Shown: piece by piece, positions 61,791 through 64,000 of the stretch
Position numbering within the stretch: position 1 is the first letter of the stretch
Layout: each line of letters opens with the position of its first letter
NCBI GenBank assembly: GCA_043228905.1
Contig: JBHGNT010000016.1
Span: 1,488,001 to 1,552,000, forward strand
Reading direction: 5' to 3'
Source of the DNA: Azolla caroliniana
Taxonomy: Eukaryota; Plantae; Polypodiophyta
DNA length: 64,000 nt
The notes under the pieces: generated by a model
The model's database searches: none
What the model was told of the DNA's origin: nothing
Seen by the model: only the letters and a program-made list of their open reading frames with translations
Program-made: the position numbers and the translations under genes

Positions 61791-63426
61791 TAATCGTAGC
61801 ACAATCCAATGATAGACATGGAATTTCACTTACATGTGTTGCTGAAATAGTACTCTTTCAAAGCATGTATTTAGTGGTTGGAGCCAAATAGTCTTACATT
61901 TGCACCAATATTATTTGCATGGGCTCACATGATAAACAATGTTATGGGAAATTAGCAATATATCACATAATATACATTTAAAAGTTGTGATGAATTTTAA
62001 GATTTCGTTTTTCCCATGTGAAATTGATGTATATAAAGTCGTGCCTTTCTCCCTTTCTAATGCCAACATCTGGTTGAATTCAATTTGTATTCCTCATTAA
62101 TCATCCTATCCAAGCTAGTGACTAGTTGCTAGTCATTAACTTAAGCTACTTACAAGAGGAGTATCTAGGGTTTTAATATCAGGTTGGCAATTATATAAGT
62201 GTATTATAAGGTCATGTTATGTTAGAGGGTTTCCATTTAGAGAGAAGGGGGTTGTCAATTAATTTGTCACAATTGTTCATTGAATACAAGAGGGTCATGG
62301 GTTCAACATTATGATCATTTACTAAAAGAATGAAAATAGCCAAGTTTCTCAATCAATGTGTACAACTGAATAAAAATAGGGTTGCAGGTGATTTGGTGAA
62401 CGTTGTTTCTTGAAGACAAGTCGTAGTCAAGGGTTCAATACCTAGATACCCAAATAGAGTTTTTTTATTCAAAATAAAAAGTATGCATTATCCTTCAATA
62501 TTGATTATGGGCTAAAACCTGTAGTCATAGAGCAAAGAAAGCGGACTTAAAAAATCTAATGTTTGTGACAATAAAAAGATGGCCTATCACTATGGAAAGC
62601 TTATGAGGAAGAGGCCAATGTATGATCCTACACTTTATAGATGATAGAGAAAATTAATTTATGAGGGAAATGAACATGGGGGTGGACTTTTTATACCCGC
62701 ACCTATTACAAGATAGATAATATGTCATGTTTCATTTTAACAACTGTAACTTTGGTACACTTTCTTATGCCGAGCATAGTCAATGGAGTTCAACATTCGA
62801 TTTTGGGATAGAATTTGTCAACAAGTGTGACTCGCTATACTCATTCAACATTCAATAGAACCACAAGAGTAATAAGAGTGTAAGTGTTCACATCATTGTT
62901 TTGTCCTCTTTAAGTGTACGTATGGTTTTTTAATACCAATGTCATCATCTCTACATTATTATTAAGAAATGTCATAAGGTAATGAGGCATCGTAGGCAAG
63001 AATAGTCTGAAAGATATGAGATGCCAATTTACAATGGATGAAACGTCATTATCACCTTATATACATCCTCAATTGTCCACACATAGAAATCAAAATGTGA
63101 TCTATGTGTGAGAATGCTCTTTTTTGACAATATAGCCTAACTGTTTAGTGTCAAAAAGGTATATGCCAATGTGCGAAACCACCCATCAAAACTTTTAACT
63201 TTATTGAATCATATAACAAAGTCACTCATAAACAAAAATTTAATCTAAATCTCTTTTCTTGACTTTTTAATAGCATCAATATTTCATCAATATGTACACA
63301 TCTCGAATGTAATTCTTAACAAAGAGGCTATTCTAAAACATTCAAAAACTAGAGGAATTTGTACCCCCACTTTCCAATTTTAACAACCATTTTTTCAATA
63401 ATTGATGAGCCCGCTCAATTTCTTTC

Positions 63427-63521
63427 TCATTTCATTAGTTGGATATACAAGAGAGGTATGAGAAAAACCCACTGACTTTTCATTTCATTAGTTGGATATG
63501 CAAGAGAGGTATGAGCAAAAC
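63427..63521. repeat. ~41-bp direct repeat, period 53
   Basis: TCATTTCATTAGTTGGATAT(A/G)CAAGAGAGGTATGAG twice. Confidence 0.85.
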
Positions 63522-64000
63522 ATATTGTTTCTTAGCTTCGCCTTTTACTCCATCTCTAGTGGAAAATATCTTAATTTGCAACATTTTAAAGGCAGTTGAT
63601 AGGGGCAAACCCTCAGTGTGTATTATCATAAACTAAACATGATGAATCCTTTCATTTCTTCAATGGAACATCAACACACTGCTCAGGACTAAATTATATA
63701 CAGATAGGTAAAATATAAAAAGAATCACTTATTATACAACAGGTATTTTTACCAAATGGGGAAAGAAAATCCTCCAGTTATTAGTACAAAGGCAACAAGG
63801 TCTTATTAAAAAGGCATGAGATATCATCACCCAAAATAGGGCAAGAAAATCCTCTAATTATTGAAGTAGCTAAAGTAAAGGAAAAACACAAGTTTTGCAA
63901 TCCTTGCTTCATTTCTCACAAAATGTTTGTTCTTTAGCATGTCGGCTTTCCAAGGTATGTAATGTAGAAAAGAAGGTTATGCATAGCCAAAATTTCTGGA

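Noticed and set aside
62370-62455. tRNA/SINE-like segment with GGGTTCAATACC
   Set aside because: Only a B-box-like match; no convincing cloverleaf, tail or TSD.

Overview
Land-plant nuclear DNA; a non-seed plant such as a fern is my inference from TE types and composition. Bases 1-42870 are a GC-rich, deeply nested retrotransposon island. It holds at least six Ty1/Copia copies or fragments (one with an intact 1357-aa ORF, TSD and tRNA-iMet PBS), several copies of a tRNA-Trp-primed Ty3/Gypsy lineage (pol-bearing and apparently Gag-only forms), solo LTRs and one end of a CACTA-like DNA transposon. Bases 42871-64000 are AT-rich and carry a single-exon PR-1 (CAP/SCP) gene (+), a 7-exon CDK-like kinase gene (-) and further LTR remnants. 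The most notable system is the Gypsy lineage: 4-bp CpG-centred (NCGN) target-site duplications, a tRNA-Trp PBS, a candidate -1 frameshift signal after gag-protease, a Gag-only repeat-rich partner, and a tRNA-like A/B-box module inside one LTR. The Copia family shows strong CCGG enrichment and an apparent Gag module swap at a perfect hairpin. All coordinates and counts are by eye; no database searches were run.
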